From positions 1-27,128 of IMG/VR virus record IMGVR_UViG_3300020042_006202: a stretch of DNA of 27,128 nucleotides; one strand, 5' to 3'. The notes beneath the pieces were generated by a model that made no database searches, was not told the origin of the DNA, and saw only the letters and a list, made by a program, of their open reading frames with translations. Origin of the DNA: a virus. Its lineage: Duplodnaviria > Caudoviricetes. The translations under genes and the position numbers were made by a program. Of the stretch, positions 9,499 to 17,204 are shown piece after piece (position 1 is the first letter of the stretch; each line of letters begins with the position of its first letter).

Positions 9499-10530
9499 AT
9501 GGCCAATCTGAGAAAGTGGTCTACAAGTGCCAGTTCGAACTCAACCGTTGCAGGCGGTAGCAATACCATCAATTTCGCGGAAGGGCAGGCCCCCGGCTCC
9601 GTCAACAATTCCGCCCGCGAACTCATGGCGCAGGTGCGGTCTATCTATTCGCCCGACGAATGGGGATGGGTAGAGTTTTCTGCAACGGCCTCCGTAGCCT
9701 CACAGACAACCTTTAGGCTGGTGGGCGACCAGACCTCCAATTGGGTGGCAAACCGCCGCTGGAAGCTCCGTAGCGGCTCCACGACCCGTTATGGCACGGT
9801 TGTCTCGGCCTCCTACACGACGGAAACCACAATTACGGTGACGGTTGATTCCGGTTCGCTTTCGGCCTCGCATTCCCTAGCGGCACTTTCTGTTGTTTCC
9901 GGAAATCACGTTCCGGCCTCATATGTCACCTCTAACAGCCTTTCAGCGGCGCTGGCGTCTTTCTCCTTGAGCGTTTCCGCTGCCATCACCGTGGCCATGC
10001 CGCCCGGTGCCGTAATGCCTTACGCGGGCGCTTCGGCCCCCACTGGCTGGCTCCTCTGCTACGGTCAAGCGGTAGACCGGACGACCTATGCCGCCCTATT
10101 CACTGCCATCAGCACCACTTACGGTGTGGGCGATGGCGTAACCACGTTTAACCTTCCTGACCTTCGGGGCCGCGTTATTGCGGGCCAGGATGACATGGGC
10201 GGGTCTTCGGCGAACAGGCTAACAAACCAGACGGGTGGGCTGGACGGAGATACGCTAGGCGCAACGGGCGGTGCTGAAACGCATACCCTGACCGAAGCGC
10301 AAATGCCGCTTCACGGCCATCCCTTCAGAACAGACGATACGAACCAAGGGTCAGCACAAACCGATTCCACCGGCGGGTTTATGCTTTACAGCGACAGCGA
10401 CGCAAACAACGCCGCATTTACAGGAACGCCCACGGCGGTCAATGGCGAGCAAATCGGCGGAACTGGCGGCGGTGCCGCACACAACAACGTGCAGCCGACA
10501 ATCATTCTCAATTACATCATCAAAACGTAG
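9499..10530 (+). CDS. tail fibre protein with phage tail-collar domain
   Basis: GGAG then ATG at 9499; collar motif PGAVMPYAGASAPTGWLLCYGQAVDRTTYAALF...FNLPDLRGR and C-terminal HNNVQPTIILNYIIK. Confidence 0.85.
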   Translation: MANLRKWSTSASSNSTVAGGSNTINFAEGQAPGSVNNSARELMAQVRSIYSPDEWGWVEFSATASVASQTTFRLVGDQTSNWVANRRWKLRSGSTTRYGTVVSASYTTETTITVTVDSGSLSASHSLAALSVVSGNHVPASYVTSNSLSAALASFSLSVSAAITVAMPPGAVMPYAGASAPTGWLLCYGQAVDRTTYAALFTAISTTYGVGDGVTTFNLPDLRGRVIAGQDDMGGSSANRLTNQTGGLDGDTLGATGGAETHTLTEAQMPLHGHPFRTDDTNQGSAQTDSTGGFMLYSDSDANNAAFTGTPTAVNGEQIGGTGGGAAHNNVQPTIILNYIIKT

Positions 10531-10580
10531 CCCGGTGCACCGTTTGTTGTCCTTTGCCCCGCATAGCATGGAGGTTACGC

Positions 10581-10826
10581 ATGGCCCCGTCCGACGTGGA
10601 TACGGCATCGCGCATCGTCAGACTGGAAACTAAGCTCGACTTTATCATTGAGCGCATAGACAAACTGCCGCCATCGCCCGTCTGTATTACAAAGCACAAG
10701 GAACTTGAAGCCAGGCTTGATGATGCAGACAGATGGCGAAACCGCGTTGTCGGTGCCATCCTCGTCATCAATATCCTTGTAGTCATCCTCATAGACAAAA
10801 TCCGCGCGGTGCTCTTTGGCCAATGA
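10581..10826 (+). CDS. small coiled-coil protein with C-terminal transmembrane helix
   Basis: GGAGG RBS, RIVRLETKLD coiled coil, hydrophobic VVGAILVINILVVILI. Confidence 0.6.
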   Translation: MAPSDVDTASRIVRLETKLDFIIERIDKLPPSPVCITKHKELEARLDDADRWRNRVVGAILVINILVVILIDKIRAVLFGQ

Positions 10827-11065
10827 GGAAAATCCGGTATCGCTTCAAGCGCACTCCGGGTGTGTGGGGTCGCGCCTTTCCTGACGAGTGGCGGATAGAA
10901 CTAGACCCCGCCCTACACGACAAGACACTCCTAGACATAGCAGTCCACGAGGCCGCGCACGTAGTCATTCCCGACCTTGACGAAACCGCCGTGGACCGAC
11001 TCGGAAAGCATGTCGCAGACCTGCTTTGGCGACTCGGATTCCGGCGCGAGGAAACAGGAGACTAG
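10823..11065 (+). CDS. small HEXXH zinc-metallopeptidase-like protein
   Basis: ATGA-coupled start at 10823; WG...IELDP...IAVHEAAH...DE motif. Confidence 0.6.
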   Translation: MRKIRYRFKRTPGVWGRAFPDEWRIELDPALHDKTLLDIAVHEAAHVVIPDLDETAVDRLGKHVADLLWRLGFRREETGD

Positions 11066-12073
11066 ATGCCAAAGAAATATTCGGACGAGGAATTCATCAA
11101 CGCCTGGAAGCGGCTCGGTGCGCCGAAACTGGTGGCGCAGCACCTTGGGCTAGATATTCGCGGCGTTTACGCGCGGCGGAACGCGATAGAGGAAAAGCAC
11201 GGATTTATTCTCGACACGGTGACGGAAGGCAAGGGCGGAAGGCCGAAAGTCATAACGCCGAAAATCGGGGCGCGGGCCATTTCCGAGAGCGTGACCGGAA
11301 CCGTCATCGTGGCCAGCGACCTCCACGCATGGCCGGGAGATAGGTCTGTTGCTTTTTCCGCGCTTGTCGAGTTGGTGAAGGAACTGAGACCATCCTTGTT
11401 GATTGCTAACGGCGATTCAGTGGACATGGCGTCAATCTCGCGGCATCCGCCCATCGGGTGGCAGAACATCCCAACGGTGACGGAAGAACTGGCCGCCGCA
11501 AAGGAGTTGCACGCCGAACTTGAAAGCGCCGCGCCCGCTGGAACGCCGCTTGTTTGGTTGTACGGAAATCATTGCATGAGGTTCAACTCTCGCCTTGCAG
11601 CAGAGGCCTCTGAGTTCCGTGGCGTTCCAGGCATGTCTCTTGAGGATCACTTTCCGGCATGGGACTTTGCAATGTCCATGCACCTGAACAAAAGCACCGT
11701 GATTTTCCATTCGTATCATAACGGGGTTCATGCTGCGTATAACAACACCGTCAAGTCTGGTGTCTCAACCGTGACCGGGCATACCCATCGCCTGCAAGCC
11801 GTTCAGTGGGCTGATTACAACGGCCTGAGATGGGGCATTGAATGCGGTACACTGTCGGACTTCGGACCAGACCAAGCCAAGTTTGCGTATGCGTTGGATC
11901 GGCCTCTGAATTGGAGTCAGGGGTTCTGCGTGCTGACCTATGACCACACCGGGCGGCTGTTAGATCCGGAGTTTTGCAGAGTTCTCGACGGCACCGCATA
12001 TTTTCGCGGGCAAAGTGTTTGCGGGCGTGATGGCAAAGTTTCGACAAAGTTATCATCTAAAGAGGCGGCATGA
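11066..12073 (+). CDS. calcineurin-like metallophosphoesterase with N-terminal HTH-like region
   Basis: All motifs present: SDLH, GDSVD, GNH, FH, GHTH. Confidence 0.85.
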   Translation: MPKKYSDEEFINAWKRLGAPKLVAQHLGLDIRGVYARRNAIEEKHGFILDTVTEGKGGRPKVITPKIGARAISESVTGTVIVASDLHAWPGDRSVAFSALVELVKELRPSLLIANGDSVDMASISRHPPIGWQNIPTVTEELAAAKELHAELESAAPAGTPLVWLYGNHCMRFNSRLAAEASEFRGVPGMSLEDHFPAWDFAMSMHLNKSTVIFHSYHNGVHAAYNNTVKSGVSTVTGHTHRLQAVQWADYNGLRWGIECGTLSDFGPDQAKFAYALDRPLNWSQGFCVLTYDHTGRLLDPEFCRVLDGTAYFRGQSVCGRDGKVSTKLSSKEAA

Positions 12074-12564
12074 GTTCAGAAGATTGGCGGTCAATCCCTT
12101 GTTCCAACTACTCTATATCATCGCGCGGCAGGGTGCGGAACGATAGGAACGGAAGCATTCTTGGCGGCAGCCTAGACAAAGACGGATACCCCCGAGTAAG
12201 CATCCGCATCAATGATGCAAGGAAGACGGTTAAGATCCACAGGCTGGTTGCGTTTGCCTTCTTGGACAGCCCGCCTCCCGACAAGCCGCATGTAGCGCAC
12301 AAAGACGGCAACGCCGCCAATAACAACGTTTCAAATCTTCGCTGGTCCGACGTTACCGAAAACAACAGAGACAAGGCGTTACACGGCACGCAAACGCGGG
12401 GCGAGGCGCAGCACTTGGCAAAGCTTCTCCCGGATGACGTGAAAACAATTCGTTTTATGGCCGACACGGGGGTGTCCCAAAGGGCCATTGCAAGATCGTT
12501 CGGCATATCCAAGGGCAACGTTCAGTTCATAGTCCATGGAAAGACTTGGAAACACGTTGCATGA
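12070..12564 (+). CDS. NUMOD4-HNH homing endonuclease with C-terminal HTH
   Basis: EDWRSIP...YSISSRGRVR, KIHRLVAFAFL, VAHKDGNAANNNVSNLRW, SQRAIARSFGIS. Confidence 0.85.
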   Translation: MSSEDWRSIPCSNYSISSRGRVRNDRNGSILGGSLDKDGYPRVSIRINDARKTVKIHRLVAFAFLDSPPPDKPHVAHKDGNAANNNVSNLRWSDVTENNRDKALHGTQTRGEAQHLAKLLPDDVKTIRFMADTGVSQRAIARSFGISKGNVQFIVHGKTWKHVA

Positions 12565-12995
12565 GCATCCTTCCGCCATCCAAACTGGTGATTTTGGAGA
12601 CGCCCTTCCGGGCTACCCCGTACTACACTCAGGAACAGCACCGCCTATATCTCTACCACGCCGTAGCGGACTGCATCAGGCGCGGCGAGTCGCCTTTCGC
12701 AAGCCACCTGATACTCCCGGAAGTGCTGAACGATGATGACGAATACGAGCGTGCTTTAGGTATCCGTGTCGGCACAAATTGGGGAAAATATGCCGACCTA
12801 GTTGCTATCTATTCTGACCTTGGGTGCTCGCCGGGAATGAAGGCAGCAACCGCGTACTACAAAAGCCTGAACAAGCCGATAGAATGGCGTAGGCTACCTG
12901 ACCGCATCGTTGCGGCGGTCAAGGGTTTCGGGGAGACAACCTTAATGGAGCCCCCGGATGAAGATATGGATTACCCTAGCGGCGCTGCTGTTTAG
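12561..12995 (+). CDS. nucleoside 2-deoxyribosyltransferase/DUF4406-like Rossmannoid protein
   Basis: VILETPF...DCIRRGESPFASH...ERALGI...ADLVAIYSDLGCSPGM pattern; ATGA-coupled start at 12561. Confidence 0.55.
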   Translation: MSILPPSKLVILETPFRATPYYTQEQHRLYLYHAVADCIRRGESPFASHLILPEVLNDDDEYERALGIRVGTNWGKYADLVAIYSDLGCSPGMKAATAYYKSLNKPIEWRRLPDRIVAAVKGFGETTLMEPPDEDMDYPSGAAV

Positions 12996-13323
12996 CGCGA
13001 CTGCGGCGCACGCTCACGCGTGGTATAGCCTCAAGCGCGACCCTATCTATAATGCAACTACATGTTGCGGGGGGCAGGACTGCGCTCCGCTCCCGCCTCA
13101 CGCCATCAGCATCACGCCTGACGGCAATCTACGGATCACGCTGACGGTCGAGGAAGCCCGCGCCATCAACCCGGTTCGGCGCTACGGCTTCGACCGCATC
13201 ATACAGTTTGAACGCATCCAGAACAGCGAAGACGGTACGCCGCATATTTGCTTGATGGCGCACGATCTCGAAGGTGACCCACGCGAAGGTTATTACTGTG
13301 TGTTTCTCCCAATGGGGAACTAG
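12958..13323 (+). CDS. secreted Cys-rich protein
   Basis: Signal peptide ending AHA; CCGGQDC, SEDGTPHIC, YCVF. Confidence 0.6.
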   Translation: MKIWITLAALLFSATAAHAHAWYSLKRDPIYNATTCCGGQDCAPLPPHAISITPDGNLRITLTVEEARAINPVRRYGFDRIIQFERIQNSEDGTPHICLMAHDLEGDPREGYYCVFLPMGN

Positions 13324-13326
13324 CCA

Positions 13327-13518
13327 ATGCAGTTCGTTGCGGGAATTTGCGCTACAGCAACGCTGGTTGCTGTTGTCTTTATTGCTGCCAATTGGGGCTA
13401 TGTCGAAGGGCAAAAGAACGTAGCAAACCAGTTGCGCGATTGCCTTGCGGTAGCAGCCACGGCGGACATTTGCGAAAATTTCGTTCTTGACCGCGTTTTT
13501 GATGGTGGTGCCAAATGA
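13327..13518 (+). CDS. small membrane-anchored protein
   Basis: N-terminal hydrophobic helix; fills the operon gap. Confidence 0.45.
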   Translation: MQFVAGICATATLVAVVFIAANWGYVEGQKNVANQLRDCLAVAATADICENFVLDRVFDGGAK

Positions 13519-13784
13519 TGGAACTCGCCCTAGCCGCCATCCTCGTCCAAGCACAACAGCCTTGCGGCCCCACAGGACAGGTGGAGAAGCGCATCCATGA
13601 CCAGTACGGCGAAAGCATCGTCGGCGCTGGCGTGGTGGATGGTGGAACCATGTTTTTAACAGCCAATCCAGATTCGGGAACATTCACAATACTGCTTCGG
13701 CGCAAGGATGGCCTGACCTGTGTCCTCATGGGCGGCAAGGGTTTTGCCACGCTGGACGCAGTGAAGAAGGGGCAAGGAATATGA
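13515..13784 (+). CDS. small exported hypothetical protein
   Basis: Hydrophobic N-terminus; C...YGE...G...ANPDSGTFTIL...DGLTCVL pattern; coupled to neighbours. Confidence 0.55.
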   Translation: MMELALAAILVQAQQPCGPTGQVEKRIHDQYGESIVGAGVVDGGTMFLTANPDSGTFTILLRRKDGLTCVLMGGKGFATLDAVKKGQGI

Positions 13785-14278
13785 AGATTAACCGCGCGGG
13801 AATTGAAGAGATCAGCCGTTTTGCTCAAGTTGGTGGCGAAGACGAATGTTGGCAGTTTGCGCTGAAGTCGCTTGTAAAAAACGGGACAGGGCGTTTGCTC
13901 TATGGGCAAATCAATAGATTTGGGAAAAATTGGAGGGCGCATAGGTTTGTGGCTCATCTGTGCGGTGAAATGCTAACGCCAGATATTTTTGTTTGCCACA
14001 CCTGCGATAACCCATTGTGTGTGAATTCCGCACATCTCTTCCTTGGCTCTGCTGCCGACAACGTTGCGGATAAAATGGCAAAAGGGAGGCACCGCTCACC
14101 TGTTGGAGAGAACAACGGGCAGGCAAAAATTTCTGATTCTCAGGCCCGCGATGTTCGACGCCTTGCGTTGAATGGCGTAAAGCACAAGACCATTGCAGAA
14201 CAATATGGAATTTCTCAAGCGTTGGTTAGCATGATTAAAAACAATAAAGCTCGGGTGATGTACCATGAAAACCAATAG
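13781..14278 (+). CDS. HNH homing endonuclease with endolysin-like N-terminal 14 residues
   Basis: DECW...YG...RAHR...VCHTCDNPLCVNSAHLFLGSAADNVADK, GENNGQAK, C-terminal HTH. Confidence 0.85.
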   Translation: MKINRAGIEEISRFAQVGGEDECWQFALKSLVKNGTGRLLYGQINRFGKNWRAHRFVAHLCGEMLTPDIFVCHTCDNPLCVNSAHLFLGSAADNVADKMAKGRHRSPVGENNGQAKISDSQARDVRRLALNGVKHKTIAEQYGISQALVSMIKNNKARVMYHENQ

Positions 14279-14873
14279 AGCCGGAATTGACCTCATCCGC
14301 AAATGGGAGGGTTGCCGTCTCACAGCATACCAAGACAGCGTTGGAGTCTGGACAATCGGATACGGCCTTACAACGGCTGCGGGCCTTGGCCCCGTCCAAA
14401 AGGGAATGACCATCACGCAGCAACAGGCGGATGACTACCTTGTCCGGGCGCTTGTGAAGTATGAGGCCGCCGTTGTAAGGGCGCTGACCCGTGCGCCGAA
14501 CGAAAACCAGTTCGCGGCGATGGTGAGCCTTTGCTACAACATCGGGCCGGGTGCCTTTGCGAAGTCCTCAATTGCCAAGAAATTCAACGCGGGCGATGCA
14601 GCGGGGGCGGCAGACGCTTTTCGGCTTTGGAACAAGGCTGGCGGCAAGGTGCTCCAGGGCCTCGTCAACCGCCGTGAAGATGAGCGCAGGCTATTCCTGA
14701 CGCCAGCAAAGCCCGTGGATGCCGTCAAGCCTGAACTGGCACCAATCCCGCCTAACCCCACAGAAACCCCGTCCGCGCCAGTTCCAGAGGCGGGAACAAG
14801 CATCGCAGCACTCTTGCTCGGTGCTGCGGTCGCGCTCATTGCCGCTTTTGCAGCTTGGATCATGAAAGGATAA
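14265..14873 (+). CDS. endolysin, GH24 phage lysozyme, with Pro-rich linker and C-terminal TM helix
   Basis: Catalytic E-x8-D-x5-T (EGCRLTAYQDSVGVWT); NQFAAMVSLCYNIG; WNKAGGKVLQGLVNRREDE. Confidence 0.92.
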   Translation: MKTNRAGIDLIRKWEGCRLTAYQDSVGVWTIGYGLTTAAGLGPVQKGMTITQQQADDYLVRALVKYEAAVVRALTRAPNENQFAAMVSLCYNIGPGAFAKSSIAKKFNAGDAAGAADAFRLWNKAGGKVLQGLVNRREDERRLFLTPAKPVDAVKPELAPIPPNPTETPSAPVPEAGTSIAALLLGAAVALIAAFAAWIMKG

Positions 14874-14877
14874 GGAC

Positions 14878-15003
14878 ATGGCCCGCATTATGGCTTATTG
14901 GAACTGGTTGGTTTCCGTTACCGGAAGCGTTCGGATTGCCGCTGCGATCGCGGCGGGCGGGCTGGTGTTGCTGCTGATCTTGATCGCAGCAGTTGTATCA
15001 TGA
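14878..15003 (+). CDS. 41-aa membrane peptide in the lysis cassette (not in the ORF track)
   Basis: Hand translation MARIMAYWNWLVSVTGSVRIAAAIAAGGLVLLLILIAAVVS; stop overlaps the next ATG. Confidence 0.55.
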   Translation: MARIMAYWNWLVSVTGSVRIAAAIAAGGLVLLLILIAAVVS

Positions 15004-15209
15004 CGCTCGTTCCTGATTGGCGGCGAGCCTGGAGTTGGTTCAGCGTCCAGGCTCTCGTTATCCTAGCGGCACTTCCGCTTGTGTGGTCAACGCTTCCGGC
15101 TGACTTGCGTGCGTATCTCCCCGATGGGTGGGAACCATATGTTTTGCTGGTGGTGGCCATTGGTGGCTTGGCGGGGCGGCTAATTGACCAGAAGAAGACA
15201 GCGGCGTGA
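15000..15209 (+). CDS. holin-like protein (2 TM)
   Basis: MTLVPDWRRAWSWFSVQ...LPADLRAYLP...GRLIDQK pattern; ATGA-coupled. Confidence 0.7.
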   Translation: MTLVPDWRRAWSWFSVQALVILAALPLVWSTLPADLRAYLPDGWEPYVLLVVAIGGLAGRLIDQKKTAA

Positions 15210-15610
15210 TCGGTGCCATTGTAAAGATTCTGACGGGGGGGCTTGTTGACAAGGTTTTCGACCTTGGGCAAGCCTATCTGAACAAGCAGATTAGCGAGGC
15301 CGAGTTCCGGTCCCGCGTTGAGATAGCCGCGCAAGAAACCGCTGCTGAGATTGAGCAGTCGTGGGCCAAGGCGGCGACTGACACGGCAAAGGCGACACAG
15401 GCCACGGTGAAGGCTTCGCCAATCCTTCAAAGGGCGTGGGCCGCTGTGCTGTTTCTGCAAATTGTCGTGCTGATGTGGTATCAGATCGGCGCTCCCGCCT
15501 ATCAGGTCATAACCGGGACGGCGTGGCCCGATCCTGGGGTTTCGTTGGAGTGGGCCTATTTGCTTGTGGCCACGATGATTGGCGCGGGTCCGCTAGTGCT
15601 TCGGCGCTAG
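15206..15610 (+). CDS. holin-like membrane protein (3TM-holin type)
   Basis: Amphipathic N-terminus, coiled region, two C-terminal hydrophobic helices; last gene of the lysis cassette. Confidence 0.55.
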   Translation: MIGAIVKILTGGLVDKVFDLGQAYLNKQISEAEFRSRVEIAAQETAAEIEQSWAKAATDTAKATQATVKASPILQRAWAAVLFLQIVVLMWYQIGAPAYQVITGTAWPDPGVSLEWAYLLVATMIGAGPLVLRR

Positions 15611-15864
15611 TCCTTAATCATCGTCCGGATGGCGGCGGCGATGTCATCACAAGCCTCAACATACCCGTCGATAGGCCAAAGAGTGGACCGCCCATAAGAC
15701 TTGTTCTTCGCCACCTTCGCCGCCTCCTCCAGCGCGATGCGGATGGCGGGGATAGCTAAGTCTTCCCACGTTGCGGGCGTCTTGAGCAGCGAAACTTTAT
15801 CGGCATCTTGCATTGCCCGTTCACGCATTGCTTCCGCCACGCGCTCGACCAGTTCGTCAGTCAT
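15607..15864 (-). CDS. hypothetical protein (last gene of the leftward operon)
   Basis: GGAGG upstream; MTDELVERVAEA...ALEEAAK...DIAAAIR; stop overlaps the convergent holin stop (CTAG). Confidence 0.6.
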   Translation of the reverse strand: MTDELVERVAEAMRERAMQDADKVSLLKTPATWEDLAIPAIRIALEEAAKVAKNKSYGRSTLWPIDGYVEACDDIAAAIRTMIKD

Positions 15865-15944
15865 GGAAACAGCAATCCTCCTAAAATAACTCCAACGGTC
15901 CAGCAGATCAACATTTCCCAGCCAGAAAAGTTATGGTCGCTCAT
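15861..15944 (-). CDS. 27-aa hydrophobic peptide
   Basis: MSDHNFSGWEMLICWTVGVILGGLLFP after an AGGAGG RBS. Confidence 0.45.
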   Translation of the reverse strand: MSDHNFSGWEMLICWTVGVILGGLLFP

Positions 15945-16280
15945 CACTCGCCCTCCTGTGGTAGGGGGAGGATGATGCCGCACGGACGCATACCTTCTGA
16001 CGCCGTGCCTGCATCCGCCACGGGCGGCTTCAATGGCCCCGTCGGCGTAATCGCGGTTCTCCGGGTTGTCGGCAATGGCCCGGCACGCCTCGGCCGCCTC
16101 GCGGAACGCCTGGTCGCGGATGTTGGTGCGGACGACGGCCACCAATCCGTAAACCATGCGGTCGGCTTCGGCCCGGAGGTGGGTGACGAGGGTCAGTGCC
16201 TTGTCGAGGTCGAGGCCGGTGTCGCGCTCGAGCTCGCGGGACAGGCGCTCGTTTTCGAGCCTGATCTCCTCGTCGGTCAT
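15944..16280 (-). CDS. hypothetical protein MTDEEIRL..., 3' end apparently chimeric
   Basis: ATG 16280 coupled to the upstream stop; protein-like to ...GAIEAA, then runs on in frame into the 27-aa peptide while another frame ends IILPLPQEGE*. Confidence 0.4.
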
Positions 16281-16372
16281 TTCATCACCCCAATAAGGAT
16301 AGCAAGCATCAGCGCACCGGGCATCGCCCCACAAAAAGCACCAACGAGGAAACCAAACCAGAAATCTTTCAC
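16277..16372 (-). CDS. 31-aa hydrophobic peptide (not in the ORF track)
   Basis: GTG start after AGGAGG; MKDFWFGFLVGAFCGAMPGALMLAILIGVMK; overlaps both neighbours by 4 nt. Confidence 0.55.
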   Translation of the reverse strand: MKDFWFGFLVGAFCGAMPGALMLAILIGVMK

Positions 16373-17163
16373 TCGCCCTCCTTCTGCAGGGGGAGGATGA
16401 GCAACGGAACAGCGCCGGGGTCATCGGCACCCCTATCGTCCGTAAATGCCCCCTCCCACGCATTCAGCGCGGCGGCCATTCGGATTTCGTAGATGGTTTC
16501 TACGGTTGCCCCGGCAGGGTAGGTAATCGCTTTCATCATAACGTCAATGACGGCTCTTGGTATCTGTTCAGGCTTGATCATGTGCGGGGCTCCTTTGCCG
16601 AGTGCAATGCGGGCATCTGCCCAAGCATCTATCTGGCCAGCGTCGAAAAACGCATCAGAAGCCTTCTCCAGCGCTGCCCGCAGCCGCCTAGCGTCGAAAA
16701 GCGCACCAGAAGCCTGTTCCAACGCCGCGCGCAACCGTTCGATCTCGGCGGTGAGGGTGGCAACCTGCTTTTCCCATGTATCCGCAGCCGCGTCCGCTCC
16801 GTCATGCAACCCGTCAGTGTACTGGCCAACGACTTCCGCCTTCAGTCGCTCCACCTCGGCGGTGAGGAGGTCGCAATTTGCTTCCGTCTTTATCGCTTCA
16901 ACACGAATGGCTCTAAATAGACCTGTAAGTTCATCGTAAAGGCTCCAATCTTCATAAAAATAAGCCGTTCGGTATGTCTCAACAACGTCGCTCGCGATTT
17001 TTTCAGCATACCGGAGTGATTCCTTTGCAAGATAGGTATAGGCGGGCGAGCCTGGTTCGGGAGTGCCCGAAAGTTCTTTAAGCAGTCCAATGGGGTGGTG
17101 CCCACCGGTGCGGGAGTGTAATTCACTGTTCAGTGAAGATTGTTTCGGTTCAACCGGGGTCAT
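16369..17163 (-). CDS. mosaic hypothetical protein (probable in-frame fusion; internal start at 16581)
   Basis: AGAGG before ATG 17163 (17208 is an alternative start); LTAEVERL/LTAEIERL coils; internal AAGGAG before MIKPEQIP. Confidence 0.5.
   Translation of the reverse strand: MTPVEPKQSSLNSELHSRTGGHHPIGLLKELSGTPEPGSPAYTYLAKESLRYAEKIASDVVETYRTAYFYEDWSLYDELTGLFRAIRVEAIKTEANCDLLTAEVERLKAEVVGQYTDGLHDGADAAADTWEKQVATLTAEIERLRAALEQASGALFDARRLRAALEKASDAFFDAGQIDAWADARIALGKGAPHMIKPEQIPRAVIDVMMKAITYPAGATVETIYEIRMAAALNAWEGAFTDDRGADDPGAVPLLILPLQKEGE
16639..16740. repeat. two-copy 51-bp imperfect tandem repeat
   Basis: agcgtcgaaaa..gca.cagaagcct... at 16639 and 16690, encoding RLRAALE(Q/K)AS(G/D)A(L/F)FDA. 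Confidence 0.8.
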
Positions 17164-17204
17164 CACGTTTCCTCTTGGCTTGGTGAATGTTGCGAGTCTG
17201 CGGC

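Larger units (their letters stand above)
15944..16400. repeat. 32-bp direct repeat pair (15944-15975 and 16369-16400)
   Basis: tcactcgccctcct-(gtggt/tctgc)-agggggaggatga; 28 of 32 identical. Confidence 0.9.

Noticed and set aside
15944-16400. att site or DGR template/variable repeat
   Set aside because: No integrase or reverse transcriptase is present, and the mismatches are not adenine-specific.
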